60,000 bases of DNA, from NCBI RefSeq assembly GCF_963921235.1, contig NC_086108.1, forward strand, positions 37,760,001-37,820,000. Direction: 5' to 3'. Positions 13,530 to 25,870 of the stretch are shown here, one piece after another. Under the pieces are notes generated by a model, which saw only the letters and a program-made list of their open reading frames with translations, made no database searches and was not told where the DNA came from. The first letter of the stretch is position 1; each line of letters opens with the position of its first letter. The stretch comes from Mobula hypostoma. Its lineage: Eukaryota. The translations under genes were made by a program, and so were the position numbers.

Positions 13530-13978
13530 ATGTATTGCATTCTACTGCTATCGTAAAATAAAAACAAATTTCATGACATATGAGAGTGCCGATAAACCTG
13601 ATTCTGATACGGGTCTCTGTGGTGGACTGAGTGTGCAAACTGGGCAGGAAAAGGAAAATCATGGTTGGGAAAAGTGTAAGGGAGAGGAGAGGAGCAGGAA
13701 GCACGAGAGAGATATTCTGTAATGATCAAATAATAAATTGCTTGTCATCAAGTGACCTTGCCTGGTGTCTTAAGGCTGGGTATGTCTGCACCTGCACCAC
13801 TCCCTGCCCTGGCACTCCTTCTCTGCCACCCATCCCACACGAGTCATTCCCAACATCTTGTGCTCCCACCAGATTTACAAACCTGCTCACCACTCCACAT
13901 TGACAAATACAGTACTATGCAAAATTCTTAAGCACCCTAGCTATACATATGAGCCTAAGACTTTTGCACAGTACTGTA
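13530..13978 (+). mobile_element. Composite repeat: Rex-type LINE tail (ataaacctgattctga), G/C-skewed body and terminal Tc1-like palindrome
   Basis: The tail motif is shared with the Rex/Babar ends at 47192 and 53685. The unit ends in the inverted-repeat structure 13910-13976. Confidence 0.55.
13910..13976. mobile_element. Tc1/mariner-type miniature inverted-repeat element (67 bp)
   Basis: TA-CAGTACTATGCAAAATTCTTAAGCAC...GAGCCTAAGACTTTTGCACAGTACTG-TA: ~26-bp imperfect TIRs beginning CAGT, flanked by TA. Confidence 0.75.
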
Positions 13979-14669
13979 TTCACCTGTGCTATCTTTATAT
14001 CTTTCCCTGACTAGCACATAGAACTGAGAACAATCCAGAATGTACTAGTCTTGAGGTTCTGCTTTTCACCCTCTTTCCTCATTCCCTATGCTCACGGTGC
14101 AATACCTCTTCCCACTCTCTACCTATACTGATGTCCGCAACTCACCGGACTGAATTCAGTGGGTTGTAACGGGATCTTGTCTCAAAGGACTAACAATATT
14201 ATTAGTAAAATCTGCTGTCACAATTGACATTGATGGTGTTTTTGGGGAGTGCCTTACACCACCCTAATACTGAACGCCAGCTCTAACAATACCACTTCAT
14301 GCTCTCTTCTTATTCTCCCTAAAGACCAGCTCTCGAATACCTCCTCATGTACACATAACACAATAAAACATACAAGAGTACACAGAGAAACATGCTCTTC
14401 CACCCACAGTATTTATGCTGACTATGATGTGACTCCAAGCTAATCCCATCTTCCTGCATTCCATTTGAAACATGAATGCTCTATGTCCTATTTTAACTCT
14501 AGTCCATCTCTCCTTGTCCAATCTTGTCCCACTACATTCATAACATTTGTGATGCCCTTTGCCATTCGAACATAATTCATTCCTTAGACCCATCTGCTGA
14601 TTTTCATCTTAAAATCCTATCCTTCTGTTATCAGCCCTGTAATAGTACAGCCTCTGCTTCTTTCTAAAG

Positions 14670-15053
14670 TGTTGCACGGGGCAACTGAAGAGAACCCAAG
14701 TGCAGGACACTGGCACGTCGACTGAGTTGGGGATGCTGGCGTAGACGTGAACGTAGAACAGCAAACCGGAGGAATCTTGACAAGGAGATGGGATCTACAG
14801 GGACTGTCTTGAAACTAGAGCAGAAGTTGGAACTAAACTTAGAACTAACGGTTCTAAGCGGACAAGAGAACGAAGTATCACAGAAGAAAAGACCAACAAA
14901 CGACTGTGTAGTGACGCCATCGTACCTATTTCACAGTCTCTGATGCAAACCCGGTGTACCGTAATTAAGTAAACTAGCAGCAATTGGAAATCTAATGGCT
15001 GAAATTAGGGCATAATCAGGGAGAAAGAATAGCAACCAAACGGAACTATGACA
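14670..15053. mobile_element. Putative solo LTR
   Basis: ~385-bp CpG-containing segment bounded by TG...CA that interrupts the Penelope sequence cttctttcta|tctagaacacagacc. The target duplication is imperfect (tctaa/tctag). Confidence 0.45.
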
Positions 15054-15549
15054 TCTAGAACACAGACCCCTCAGCTACTACCCTCCTGGTTGAAATAGTT
15101 CTTACATTGAACAACTTTTTTTAGAACTCCATTTATTTTCCAAAAATAAGATTTATATCTATAGTAATTGTCTTAGTGCCACTTGTCACTCTCACGCTAA
15201 TTTAGAAGATTTTACTTTGCGGCCAATATACACCTTCACGTGGTCCATCCGTGTCTCTTTTCACCCCTTCCTTGACTTCTCTATTTCCATTTCAGGGGAT
15301 GGGCGAGCAAATACAAGCCCTCAAACACCCACAGCTGTGCTAACCAAGCCTCTTCCACTTTGGTTTAATTTTCAGTCTGTGTGTGTCTATTATTTCTATT
15401 TGGATAATGCCTCCTTTCATACCAGTTTTTCAATATATTTTTTTTTTAAATTTCTCAACTGCAAGTTCCCTTCCACCGTACCCAGCATGACCCTCAAATA
15501 TATCTGCTCCATTTCTTGCACTTCTGCTTTCACCCCACTCCTTCCCAGA

Positions 15550-18236
15550 AGACTGTAAGACCAGATTTAGGCCATTCAGCCCATCGAGTCTGCTCCGCCA
15601 TTCCGTCATGGCTGATCCTGGATCCCACTCAACCCCGTACACCTGCCTTCTTGTCATTTTCTTTGATGCCCTGACCAATCAAGAAACGATCAACTTCCGT
15701 CTTAACTATACGCACGGACTTGGCCTCCACCGCAGTCAGTGGCAGAGCGTTCCACAGACTTACGACTCTCTGGCGAAAAAAATTCCTCATTACTTCTGCC
15801 TTAAAGGTTGCCCCTCAAGTTTGAGTTGTGCCCTCTGGTTCTAGATACCCCCACCATAGGAAACATCCTCTCCACATCCATCCTATCTAGCCCTTGCAAC
15901 ATTCGGTAGGTTTCAACAAGATCCCCACACTTTCCTTTACGTTACAGTGAGAACAGGCCCAAAGTTGCTAAATACTCCTCATATGCTGAAGACTTCATTC
16001 GCAGAATCATTCACAGAATCATCCTCATGAACCTTGGCTGGACTCTCTCCAACGGCACCACACCCTTTCTGAGATAAGAGGCCCAAAACTGTTGATAATA
16101 CTCCAAGTGCGTCCTGACTACTGTCTTATATAGGCTCAGCATTATCTCCTTGCTTTTATATTCTATTTCCCTTGAAATAAATGCCAACGTTGCATTTGTC
16201 TCCTTTAACACAGACTCAACCTGTAAATAACCTTCTGGGAGTCTTGCCCCTCTGATATTTGAACCTTCTCCCCATTTAGATAATAGTTTGCACTGTTGTT
16301 CCTTTTATCAAAATGCATTATCATACAATTCCTAACAATCTATTCCATCTGTCACTTTTTTGCCCATTCTTCCAATTTGTTTAAGTCCTACTGCAATCAC
16401 ATTGACTCCTTGGCACTACCTACCCCTTCTCCTATCTTCATATCCTCCGCAAACATTGCCACAAATCCATCAATTCCATTATCTAAATCATTGACAAAAA
16501 ATATGAAAAGTAGTTGTCCCAATACTGACCCCTGAAGAACATTGCTAGTCACTGGCAGTCAACCAGAAAGGGTCCCTTTTATTTCCACTCGTTGCCTCCT
16601 GCCTGTCAACCATTTCGTTATCCATGCCAGTATCTTTCTTGTAACACCATAGGATTTTATCTTGTTAAGCAGCCTCATGTGTGCCGCCTTTTCAAACACC
16701 TGAAATTCTAAGTAAATGACAGCCACCGTCTTTCCTTTTTCTACCCTGCTTGTTACTTAACATAGAAAACATAGAAAATAGGTGCAGGAGTAGGCCATTC
16801 AGCCCTTTGAGCCTGCTCCGCCATTTATTATGATCATGGCTGATCATCCAACTCAGAACCCCGCCCCAGCCTTCCCTCCATACCCCCTGACCCCCGTAGC
16901 CACAAGGGCCATATCTAACTCCCTCTTAAATATAGCCAATGAACTGGCCTCAACTGTTTCCTGTGGCAGAGAATTCCACAGATTCACCACTCTCCGTGTG
17001 AAGAAGTTTTCCTAATCTCGGTCCTAAAAGGCTTCCCCTTTATCCTCAAACTGTGACCCCTTGTTCTGGACTTCCCCAACATCTGGAAGAATCTTCCTGC
17101 ATCTAGCCTGTCCAATCCCTTTAGGATTTTATACGTTTCAATCAGATCCCCCCTCAATCTTCTAAATTCCAACGAGTACAAGCCCAGTTCATCCAGTCTT
17201 TCTTCATATGAAAGTCCTGCCATCCCAGGAATCAATCTGGTGAACCTTCTTTGTACTCCCTCTATGGCAAGGATGTCTTTCCTCAGATTAGGGGACCAAA
17301 ACTGCACACAATACTCCAGGTGTGGTCTCACCAAGGCCTTGTACAACTGCAGTAGTACATCCCTGCTCCTGTACTCGAATCCTCTCGCTATAAATGCCAG
17401 CATACCATTCGCCTTTTTCACCGCCTGCTGTACCTGCATGCCTGCTTTCAATGACTGGTGTATAATGACACCCAGGTCTCGTTGCACCTCCCCTTTTCCT
17501 AATCGGCCACCATTCAGATAATAATGTTTTCCTATTTTTGCCACCAAAGTGGATAACTTCACATTTATCCACATTAAATTGCATCTGCCATGAATTTGCC
17601 CACTCACCCAACCTATCCAAGTCACCCTGCATCCTCTAAGCATCCTCCTCACAGCTAACACTGCCACACAGCTTCGTGTCATCCGCAAACTTGGAGATGC
17701 TGCATTTAATTCCCTCATCCAAGTCATTAATATATATTGTAAACAACTGGGGTCTCAGCACTGAGCCTTGCGGTACCCCACTAGTCACCGCTTGCCATTC
17801 TGAAAAGGTCCCGTTTATTCCCACTCTTTGCTTCCTGTCTGCTAACCAATTCTCCATCCGCATCAATACCTTACCCCCAATACCGTGTGCTTTAAGTTTG
17901 CACACTAATCTCCTGTGTGGGACCTTGTCGAAAGCCTTTTGAAAATCCAAATATACCACATCCACTGGTTCTCCCTTATCCACTCTACTAGTTACATCCT
18001 CAAAAAATTCTATGAGATTCGTCAGACTTCTTCAAAGAACTCTATCAGATTAGTCAGGCAAGATTTCCCTTTACAGAAACTATGCTAACTTTGACTTATT
18101 TTATCATTAGTCTCCAAGTACCCCAAAACCTCATCCTTAATAATAGCTTCAAACACTTTCCCAACCACTGAGGTTAGACTAACTGGCCTATGATTTCCTT
18201 TCTTTTGCCTTTCTCCCTTCTTAAAGAGTGGAGTGA
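15550..18236 (-). mobile_element. 5'-truncated CR1 LINE (RT + 3' UTR), interrupted by a younger CR1
   Basis: 3' UTR at 15550 (tttaggccattcagcccatcgagtctgctcc). Reverse frames LAFISREIEYKSKEIML and ITPLFKKGERQKKGNHRPVSLTSVVGK. Confidence 0.85.
16759..18025 (-). mobile_element. Younger 5'-truncated CR1 LINE (RT C-terminal half)
   Basis: [28 protein letters not shown] and RPHLEYCVQFWSP, with only small frameshifts. Tail (TTTTCTATG)n. Flanked by ACTT on both sides (16755-16758, 18026-18029). Confidence 0.92.
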
Positions 18237-19369
18237 TAGGATGATAATGATACAACAGTAGGATTCCCTTTCTTCTTTCCTTTGATCCCACCAGCCTCCA
18301 CATTCAACGCATTAACCTCTATAATTTCTGATACACTTAATGCAAGGTCACCACCACCCTCCACTCCCCTGTCAGCTTTAAAAGGAACTATTCTTTCCAG
18401 GATGCTCTGGGTTCATTTTTACTGATGTTTACTTCACTTCTTGCAGCACCTTCTCATGCAATTACAGGAAATGCCGCACCTGCCCTTTAATGCTTTCCCA
18501 TTATCAAGGGTCCTTTCAGATGGAATAGCAATTAACATGCATTTCATTCAATTTGGTATAATACAGTCAGTTTCCTCTATGTTAGAGAAACCTGAGGTAG
18601 ATTAAATAACCACTTTGCAGAAATCTCCAGTTAGTTCGTAAGCATAGGCCTGTTATCAATCTTCAGCCACTTAATTTCTCCATTTTTCTCCCAATTTGAC
18701 TCCTGTTTTTAGCCTCATTCATTTCCCCAATAATCTCAGATATACAGCATATCAAATTCCTACCAGGCACCTTACAGCCTTCCAAACTTAATGTTGCATT
18801 CAACAATTTCAGATAAACAGACACTCCTTATATATCCACAATTCCAATTTTTTTCTATCGATTATAAAATTCTGATGAGACATCATGCGCCTGGAATCTT
18901 AACTCTTATGTTCTCTTGGCACAACCTGCTGCTTAACCTGTGCAGCTCTTTGAGCATTTTATATTTTATTTAGAAGTAATTTCACATGGAAAAAGCAGCG
19001 GCCTTCTTTGCATATTATTAATGTGCACAAGTGCTAACATTGAGTGATTAACTGCATTTCTTGTAAATAACATAAAAGGTTGGCCATTTCAGTGTCAATG
19101 ATAATTATGCACAATGCCATTACTTGATGACAATCGGGAAGTAATTAGCTAATTACCAAGAACTAACAGGAGGAGAAAATATTACTAAGTATGCAGTAAT
19201 AGAAATAATAAATTTGTTTCAAGAACATGCATCACTTCTATTAATTATTGAAAACAACGAAGGATACGATGGATATTTTTCCTTGGTAGACTTCCATTCA
19301 ATTAAGAAGTTCCTAATTTATTGGTGCTCTATATTATTATACTCAAGTGCTTAATGTAATCATAAAAGG

Positions 19370-19970
19370 TAATGAGCCTTTTATTTCAAGGGGACTAGAA
19401 TTTAAACATGAGGAAGTGAAGTGTCAGCTATTGAGTACTTGTTCAATTTTTCTAAACTTCAAGGAAGATAACTAGCTCTTGAAAGGGTACAGTACAGATC
19501 CACCAGAATTATACAATAGCTCAGTGGGTTGAATTCTGAAGGATAGTTGCATGGATTTGGTCTGTATTTCATTCATGAAGGGATGAGAGGTGCTAAATGA
19601 AATGATCAATATTAAGAGATTGATATTAAGAAATTGATCAATAGAGCAGATGGAGAAAACCTAAATAATCTGGTGGCAGAATCTAAAGTGGGAGGGAATA
19701 ATCTTAAAATCTGTGCTGTGATATTTTGGATCAAAGTTAAAAACGTGCTTTCATATTAAGGTTACTGAAATCACGATCTCAGTTCCCCAAAAAAAGGCTG
19801 TGCTTGGATTGTTAAGGCAAAGATCGATAGACTTTAATTAGATGGGAGTATCAAGGGATACAGTTTGAAGGTAGCTGGATGGAATTGGAGTTTCGATCTG
19901 CCATGAACTAATTAAATGGTACAGAGGATTATTGGGCTGAATAGCCTTTTTTTATTTCTATTTCCTATGC
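19370..19970 (+). mobile_element. Old CR1 3' fragment
   Basis: Degenerate match to the CR1 RT end (gcctttatttcaaggggactagaatttaaa) and 3' UTR (gggctgaatagcct...ttcctatg). Confidence 0.6.
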
Positions 19971-22557
19971 AACTAACTTAGCTAATGAACTGATATTCAT
20001 CTGTTTGAAAAGTTAACCTAAGATCATTATACCTGGTAACTATTTTTAAAGAAGCATTCTCAGGTTAAGAAGGATGTTTAGCATTCTCCAAAAGTGTGCC
20101 TTCTGTGAAAAGGAATCCAAGGCAGAAGTGAATCAATACTCATCTACGATGATGCTTCAGTGAAGATAATCTTCCAGACGATCTCTATAAATTTACTGGA
20201 AGTTTTAAGAATCCAGCTGATGAAGGCTGACTTTGCTACATAAAGTCTGAAGGCAATAATGAATCAGAAATAAGTGGGAGCTAATTATAGACAGGGGCAA
20301 CCAGACACCAGCTGTAGTAAGAAATGTACCACAGGTGATAACTAACATTACAAAATTATTGCTGCTTTTGTGAATTGAAGGGCCTGCATATTTTTTTCAA
20401 GCATTCAAAGGTTAGAGACAATAAATCAGAACAAATATGTATGTGCATGAAAGAAAGATGTGGTTGCAAATTAGAAGATCAAGAAAAGCTACACAGATGC
20501 ACAGAAATACAAGTGAGCAGTTAGGAAAGTAAAAGCAGATTTGGAAATAACAAGATTACCTAAATAATTATTACAAGCCATATGCAAGAGTGAATGTAGC
20601 TAACAGATGAAGTATATTCAAAAAGATTTTTAAAAAATAGCTCCAAGCTCATTATATGACTGACTGGTACTATTTATTTGGCAGTTGTGAATAAGGACTC
20701 ATGACTCTATATCATGCAGGAGGAATAAATAAAATGATATGCTAGAATTCCTACAATTTCTGAATCAGCATACAGTCAATGTGCACACATCCACTAAATG
20801 GTGGACTCCTGGGAATCAGAGAATCAATTGCACAAGATGGTAATAACCCAAAGCACAATACATAACAATGACAACTTTCCCATGGGAAGTTCTGGAAGGT
20901 GCTGTTAAATCTGGAACACCACAAAGACATTGTGATAAGTAGCGTAGTAAATAATTTATTATGCGTGGTGTGTAACTACAGTATATGTATGATTTAACAA
21001 TATGGCACACACACAGACAGAAAACAGAGTACATCTAATAATTTGTTTAAGAATATTAAATGTCTATAAAATTATTAATTTTAAGATGAAGTAGGTGAAA
21101 AGGGAAATTTGAAGTTTTAGTTGTAAACACGTTTAAGAGTATAATAAATTGAAGCTGGTGCTGCTTAAAAAGAAATACCAGTTTTATGGGGAATAAATGG
21201 TCACAGAGCACTTACATACCAAGATGACATGGTCAAAAAGGTGCTTAAAGACAATATACAAATTCTGCTTCAACATCATCTGGAAGACTCCAATTGCAAA
21301 ACAAGCGTACAAATGATCAAAATGAGTGTCACAGAGATTAGCTCTAGCTGTACATGGATTGAAACTGCAATATGTTTGTCATCAAAGGTGTCCTTTAGAG
21401 ACCAATCTACAGAAAAGCAAGTCTTTCAATGACAGCTTTAATGCAGTGAGAAGGATTGTGAGCACTCATTTCAGCCCCACAAAAATCTTTGCAGTCCCGG
21501 CTTTGCTTTTTGTGTGATTTGTATTCCCAATCCCCAGTTGTGTAAACTACCAATGAACTCTTTGTGCTAAGCCCCCTATTGAGCTATGCCACGAGAAACC
21601 AATAAAGTGAAATGAGCAGCACAACACTGCACTCCCATAAGGTGCAACCAAAGTCTAAGTAATGCTTCTCGGCAGTTACTACTGCGATGAACTGAAAAAT
21701 TGAATTTTTGAGAGTAAGAGAGGACAGATCACTGGCATAATTAAACAAATCAGAATCATTAATGTTCTCGTTGTTATTTACAAAAGTATAAAAACAAACA
21801 GCCAATGTTGTAAGGCTTCATTTCCAGCAGGATGCTGCAACTGAACGAGCCATAGTTCAGAATTACAGGAGTACTGTCAAGGCTCTTCTTCCTGTGTTTC
21901 ATGAGCATCTATTCCCAGTGGAAGGAAGCAATTAGAAAATTATCCCTTTAATTGCATAAAACATTTTGGAGAGCTGCTAAGCAGAGACTGTGCAGTTACC
22001 GCAGAAACCGAGATTTTTCAATGGGAATCTAGTGTGATATACAGAAGCATTAAAATTTTTAAAGGAAACAAGTTGTTTTGAGTGAACTGATATATACATA
22101 AGAGTGTGTACAATGAGTTATTCATAGTTTTTCCCTCACATTTCTCCCAGGCTTGCAATAAGCAATCTGTATGTTCACTGCTGTAAGTGCAATCATGCCA
22201 GTATTTCTCTGCATCCATCCTCTAAAAAAGATAAATTTAACAGAATTAGACTTACCCTCTTATTCTTCAGGTAAGAGAGCAGTGAAGCTTCATTTGGAAA
22301 TTATTTAATGTGTTTTGAATTGATATAAAGATCCAGTGCTGTAGATAGTAACACATTGTACTTTTAATTCAGTATTTTCACAGTGCTCAACTTCTTCAAA
22401 CGGTGGTATTTAAAAGACAACTCAGCTATTTTTGACTTATTTCTGCAGTCTGTAGCACTGCCGTATGGATGCAATAAAGAACACAGGCTAAGGGTTCAAT
22501 GTATTTCTGCAACTGAGTGAGCTGCCTTGGCAAAGGGTGACCGGTGGGGTTCCTGTT

Positions 22558-23372
22558 TAGACTATAGAACATAGAACAGTACAGCACAAAAGCAGGCCAT
22601 TTGGCCCACAGTAGTATGCTGAACCAAATAGTGATCAAATGGCAAACTCAACTAATCCCAATGCTTACACAATGTCCGTACACTTTCATTATCTGTACAT
22701 TCATTGGCTGTCTAAACCTATGCACCCTCTGCAAAGCCTCAACATCCTTCCTATAATGGGGCAACTTAAGGCATCTGTTAGTCTTGCGAGACCATGGATC
22801 TGTGCCTGGAAAATCTTCACTCTCCAGGTCGCAGGCCTGGGCAAGCTTGTATGGAAGACAGGCAGTTGCCCATGCTGCAAATCTCCCCTCCCCACGACAC
22901 CGATGTTGTCCAAGGGAAGGGCATTAGGACCCATACAGCTTGGCACCGGTGTCATTGCAGAGCAATGTGTGGTTAAGTGCTTTGCTCAAGGACACAACAC
23001 GCTGCCTCATCTGGGACTCAAACTCACGACCTTCAGGTCGCTGGAATGGGGCAACTGAATTGCAGTATATCCAATACTCCAGATGCGGCCTAACTAGAGT
23101 TTTATACAACTGCAACATAAACTCCTGACCTTTGAACTCAATGCCTCGACTAATAAAGGCAAATATGCCATGTGCCTTCTTAACCACCGTATCAACCTGT
23201 GTATCCACTTTAAGAGCCATGAATTTGGACCCCGAGATAAATCTGTTCGTCAAGACTGTTAAGAGTCTTCCATGTAACAGTACTGTCTCAGTATATTTGA
23301 CCTACCAAAGTGCAATACTTTACATTTGGCTGGGTTAAACTCCATCAGGCATTTCTCTGCCCAAATCTGCCA
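22558..23372 (-). mobile_element. CR1 3' fragment with internal deletion, interrupted by a SINE
   Basis: Tail atagaacatagaacagtacagcaca. Reverse frame QVDTVVKKAHGIFAFISRGIEFK..LVRPHLEY. Confidence 0.8.
22767..23044 (-). mobile_element. tRNA-derived CORE-type SINE, 5'-truncated
   Basis: Reverse-complement homologue of 54271-54590. Perfect 12-bp TSD AATGGGGCAACT (22755-22766, 23045-23056). Confidence 0.88.
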
Positions 23373-23377
23373 CTAAA

Positions 23378-24148
23378 GATAAGTGTGAGGTGGTTCATTT
23401 TGGTAGCTCAAATATGATGGCAGAATATAGTATTAATGGTAAGACTTGGTAGTGTGGAGGATCAGAGGAATTTTGGGGTCTGTGTCCATAGGACACAAAG
23501 CTGCTGTGCAGGTTGACTCTGTGGTTAAGAAGGAATGCGGTGCATTGGCCTTCATCAATCGTGGGATTGAGTTCAAGAACCAAGAGGTAATAGGACCATG
23601 GTCAGACCCTACTTGGAGTACTGTGCTCAATTCTGGTCGCCTCACTACAGGAAGGACGTGGAAACCATTAGAAAGGGTGCAGAGGAGACTTACAAGGATG
23701 TTGCCTGGATTGGGGAGCATGCCTTACGAGAATAGGTTGGGTGAACTCGGCCTTTTCTCCTTGGAGCGGTGGAGGATGAGAGGTGACCTGATAGTGCATA
23801 AGATGATGAGAGGCATTGATCGTGTGGATAGTCAGAGGCTTTTTCCTCGGGCTGAAATGGCTAACATGAGAGGGTACATTTTTAAGGTGGCTGGAAGTAG
23901 GTACAGAGGAGATGTCAGGGGTAAGTTTTTCACGCAGACAGCGGTATGTGGAATGGGCTGCCGGCAAAGGTGGTGGAGGCGGATACAATAGGGTCTTTTA
24001 AGAGACTCTTGGTTAGGTACATGGAGCTTAGAAAAATAGAGGGCTATGGGTAACCCTAGGTAATTTCTAAAGTAAGTACATGTTTGGCACAACATTGTGG
24101 GCCAAAGGGCCTGTGTTGTGCTGTAGGTTTTCTGTGTTTCTATGTTTT
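23378..24148 (+). mobile_element. CR1 3' fragment
   Basis: QVDSVVKK..ALAFINRGIEFK, ERVQRRLTRMLPGL, LFSLERWRMRGDLI. Its 3' UTR is of the same family as 37106-37778. Confidence 0.88.
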
Positions 24149-24173
24149 TAAAGAAACAGCACAGTAGAATAGT

Positions 24174-24569
24174 CGTTATCTACATTTGGATATGGCCCAA
24201 GTGCGGAGTAAGAGACACCGGAGCGGTTGGTAGTTCACAGACTTTAATGCGAACAGAGTTAGAAGGAAAAGAAATCAATAAACGCCAGGCTAAACAGGGC
24301 CATTAACTAAAACTGTCATATGGAAAACAAAGCCAATACTGCGGCTGAAAGAAATAAACAAATATAAAACAAATTCCGCTAGTCTTCAGAGTCAGTTGAC
24401 TCAACCATCCAATTTCTCATGCAAGGCCGAATGTAAGCAGGCAGCAAAATATTGCTGTGCTTTGCTCAAGTCTCAACAAGCGCTGCGACAAAAAAAATGG
24501 AGTTAAAAACCATCACAACAAAATCAGAATTAGCTGACACATGCATATTCACAAGCGTCAATCTGTACA
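24174..24569. mobile_element. Possible solo LTR
   Basis: ~395-bp CpG-containing segment ending in TGTACA. It shares cccaagtgc with the 14670 element and has ATTAAA on the minus strand. The left TG end and TSD are not clean. Confidence 0.3.
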
Positions 24570-25478
24570 TTGTCCAACAACAGGAAGGTCTATAATGGAT
24601 CTGGTGTTGAATAATGAGACTGGCTAGGTGACTGAACTTTCAGTGGGTGAGCTGTGAGGGGACAGTGACCACAACTCTTTCAGTTTTAAGATAGCAATAG
24701 ATCAGGATAAGTATGAACCTTGTGGGAGAGTTTTAAATTGGAGCAGGACAAACTACAAGAGCATTAGACTGGAACTAGGGAAAGTTAATTGGGATCAGCT
24801 GTTTTTCCGACACGTGAAGGGTGTTTAAAGAATGACTGCAAAGAGTACAGGGTAGGTATGTTCCAGTCAGAAGCCAGGACAAGAATGGCAAGGTAAGGGA
24901 ACCTTGGATTTTGAGGGAGGTATTGAATTTAGTCAAGAAGGAAAAGGAGAAGTATGTAAAGCTTAGGAAGCAGGAATCAAACAGGGCCCTTGAGGATTAT
25001 AAAAGCCAGAAAAGAACTCAAGTAGGGAATTAGGAAAGCCTGGAGGGACAAAAAAGGTCCTTAGGAAGTGGAATTATAGAGAATCCCATGTGTTCTATAC
25101 ATACATCAGGAGTGAGAGGATAACAAGGGAGAGGGTGAAACCACTCAAGGATAAAGGGGGAAACACTTGCTTGGATGCGAACGATGTGGGTGAGGTCCTG
25201 CATGATAACTTTACATCAAAATTTACGAATGTTGAGGACATGGAAGATAGGGAGATCAGTGTATTAATTATGCTAGGACTTTTCAATGTAATGGAGGAGG
25301 TAGCGTTGAGCCTCTGAAAGAGCATAAAGGTGGCTAAGTCCCCAGGGCCTGATGGGATATATCCCAGGCCCTGATGGGATATACCCCTGGTTATTGAAGA
25401 GATTGCTGGGGCCTTGACTAGTAACTTTATGTCCTCTCTAGCCACAGGCAAGGTCCTAGCAGTTTGGCATGTAGCTAA
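24570..25478 (+). mobile_element. CR1 ORF2 internal fragment (endonuclease end to pre-RT region)
   Basis: DLVLNNE, DSDHNSF, FYTYIRSERITRERVKPLKDKGG and KSPGPDG. Contains a 22-bp tandem duplication at 25341-25387. Confidence 0.8.
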
Positions 25479-25870
25479 GTTTTTTTCCAGAATTCAAAGA
25501 ATGGGATCTGCTCACTGTCATGTGATTTCCTTCCAAACACTGGGTGATTATGTAGGAAAATTTTACATCAATGGATCCTTCCAAGGCTCCACTTTTGACA
25601 AGTTCCACGTCAGCAGTCAATGCTTCATAGATGAATCACTTGTTTACATTGATCCTATTCTTGTTGCATGAAGGAAGCAGCAATTAATGAGCTGCAGTAC
25701 ACCCCACAGGTGAAGAGGTTCGCAGAAACAAAAGGCAAAACAACAATACAGGTATGCATCACTTAACGTCCACGATACGTTCTGTGAAATTGGACGTTAT
25801 GTGATTTGGACATTGTGCAAACACCATATTACAGTATATAATTAGAAAACCTATATGGAGTATTGTAGTG

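Larger units (their letters stand above)
13400..14130 (-). mobile_element. CR1 ORF1 (esterase) remnant, split by a composite repeat at 13530-13978
   Basis: Reverse frame FFWGRDDLCKRDRL...TNILARKFTSAIWEDLN matches the ORF1 C-terminus of the other CR1 copies. It resumes at ~13980. Confidence 0.65.
14640..18970 (+). mobile_element. Old Penelope-like element (RT + GIY-YIG remnants, degenerate pLTR), interrupted by a putative solo LTR and nested CR1s
   Basis: Pieces at 14640-14667, 15054-15549 and 18240-18970 resemble Penelope ORF motifs (ELVLTLNNF, PFLDFSISISGD, DPTSLHIQ, LYVRET, HFAE). The element ends with a degenerate CTGATGA (18872) pLTR. Confidence 0.65.
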
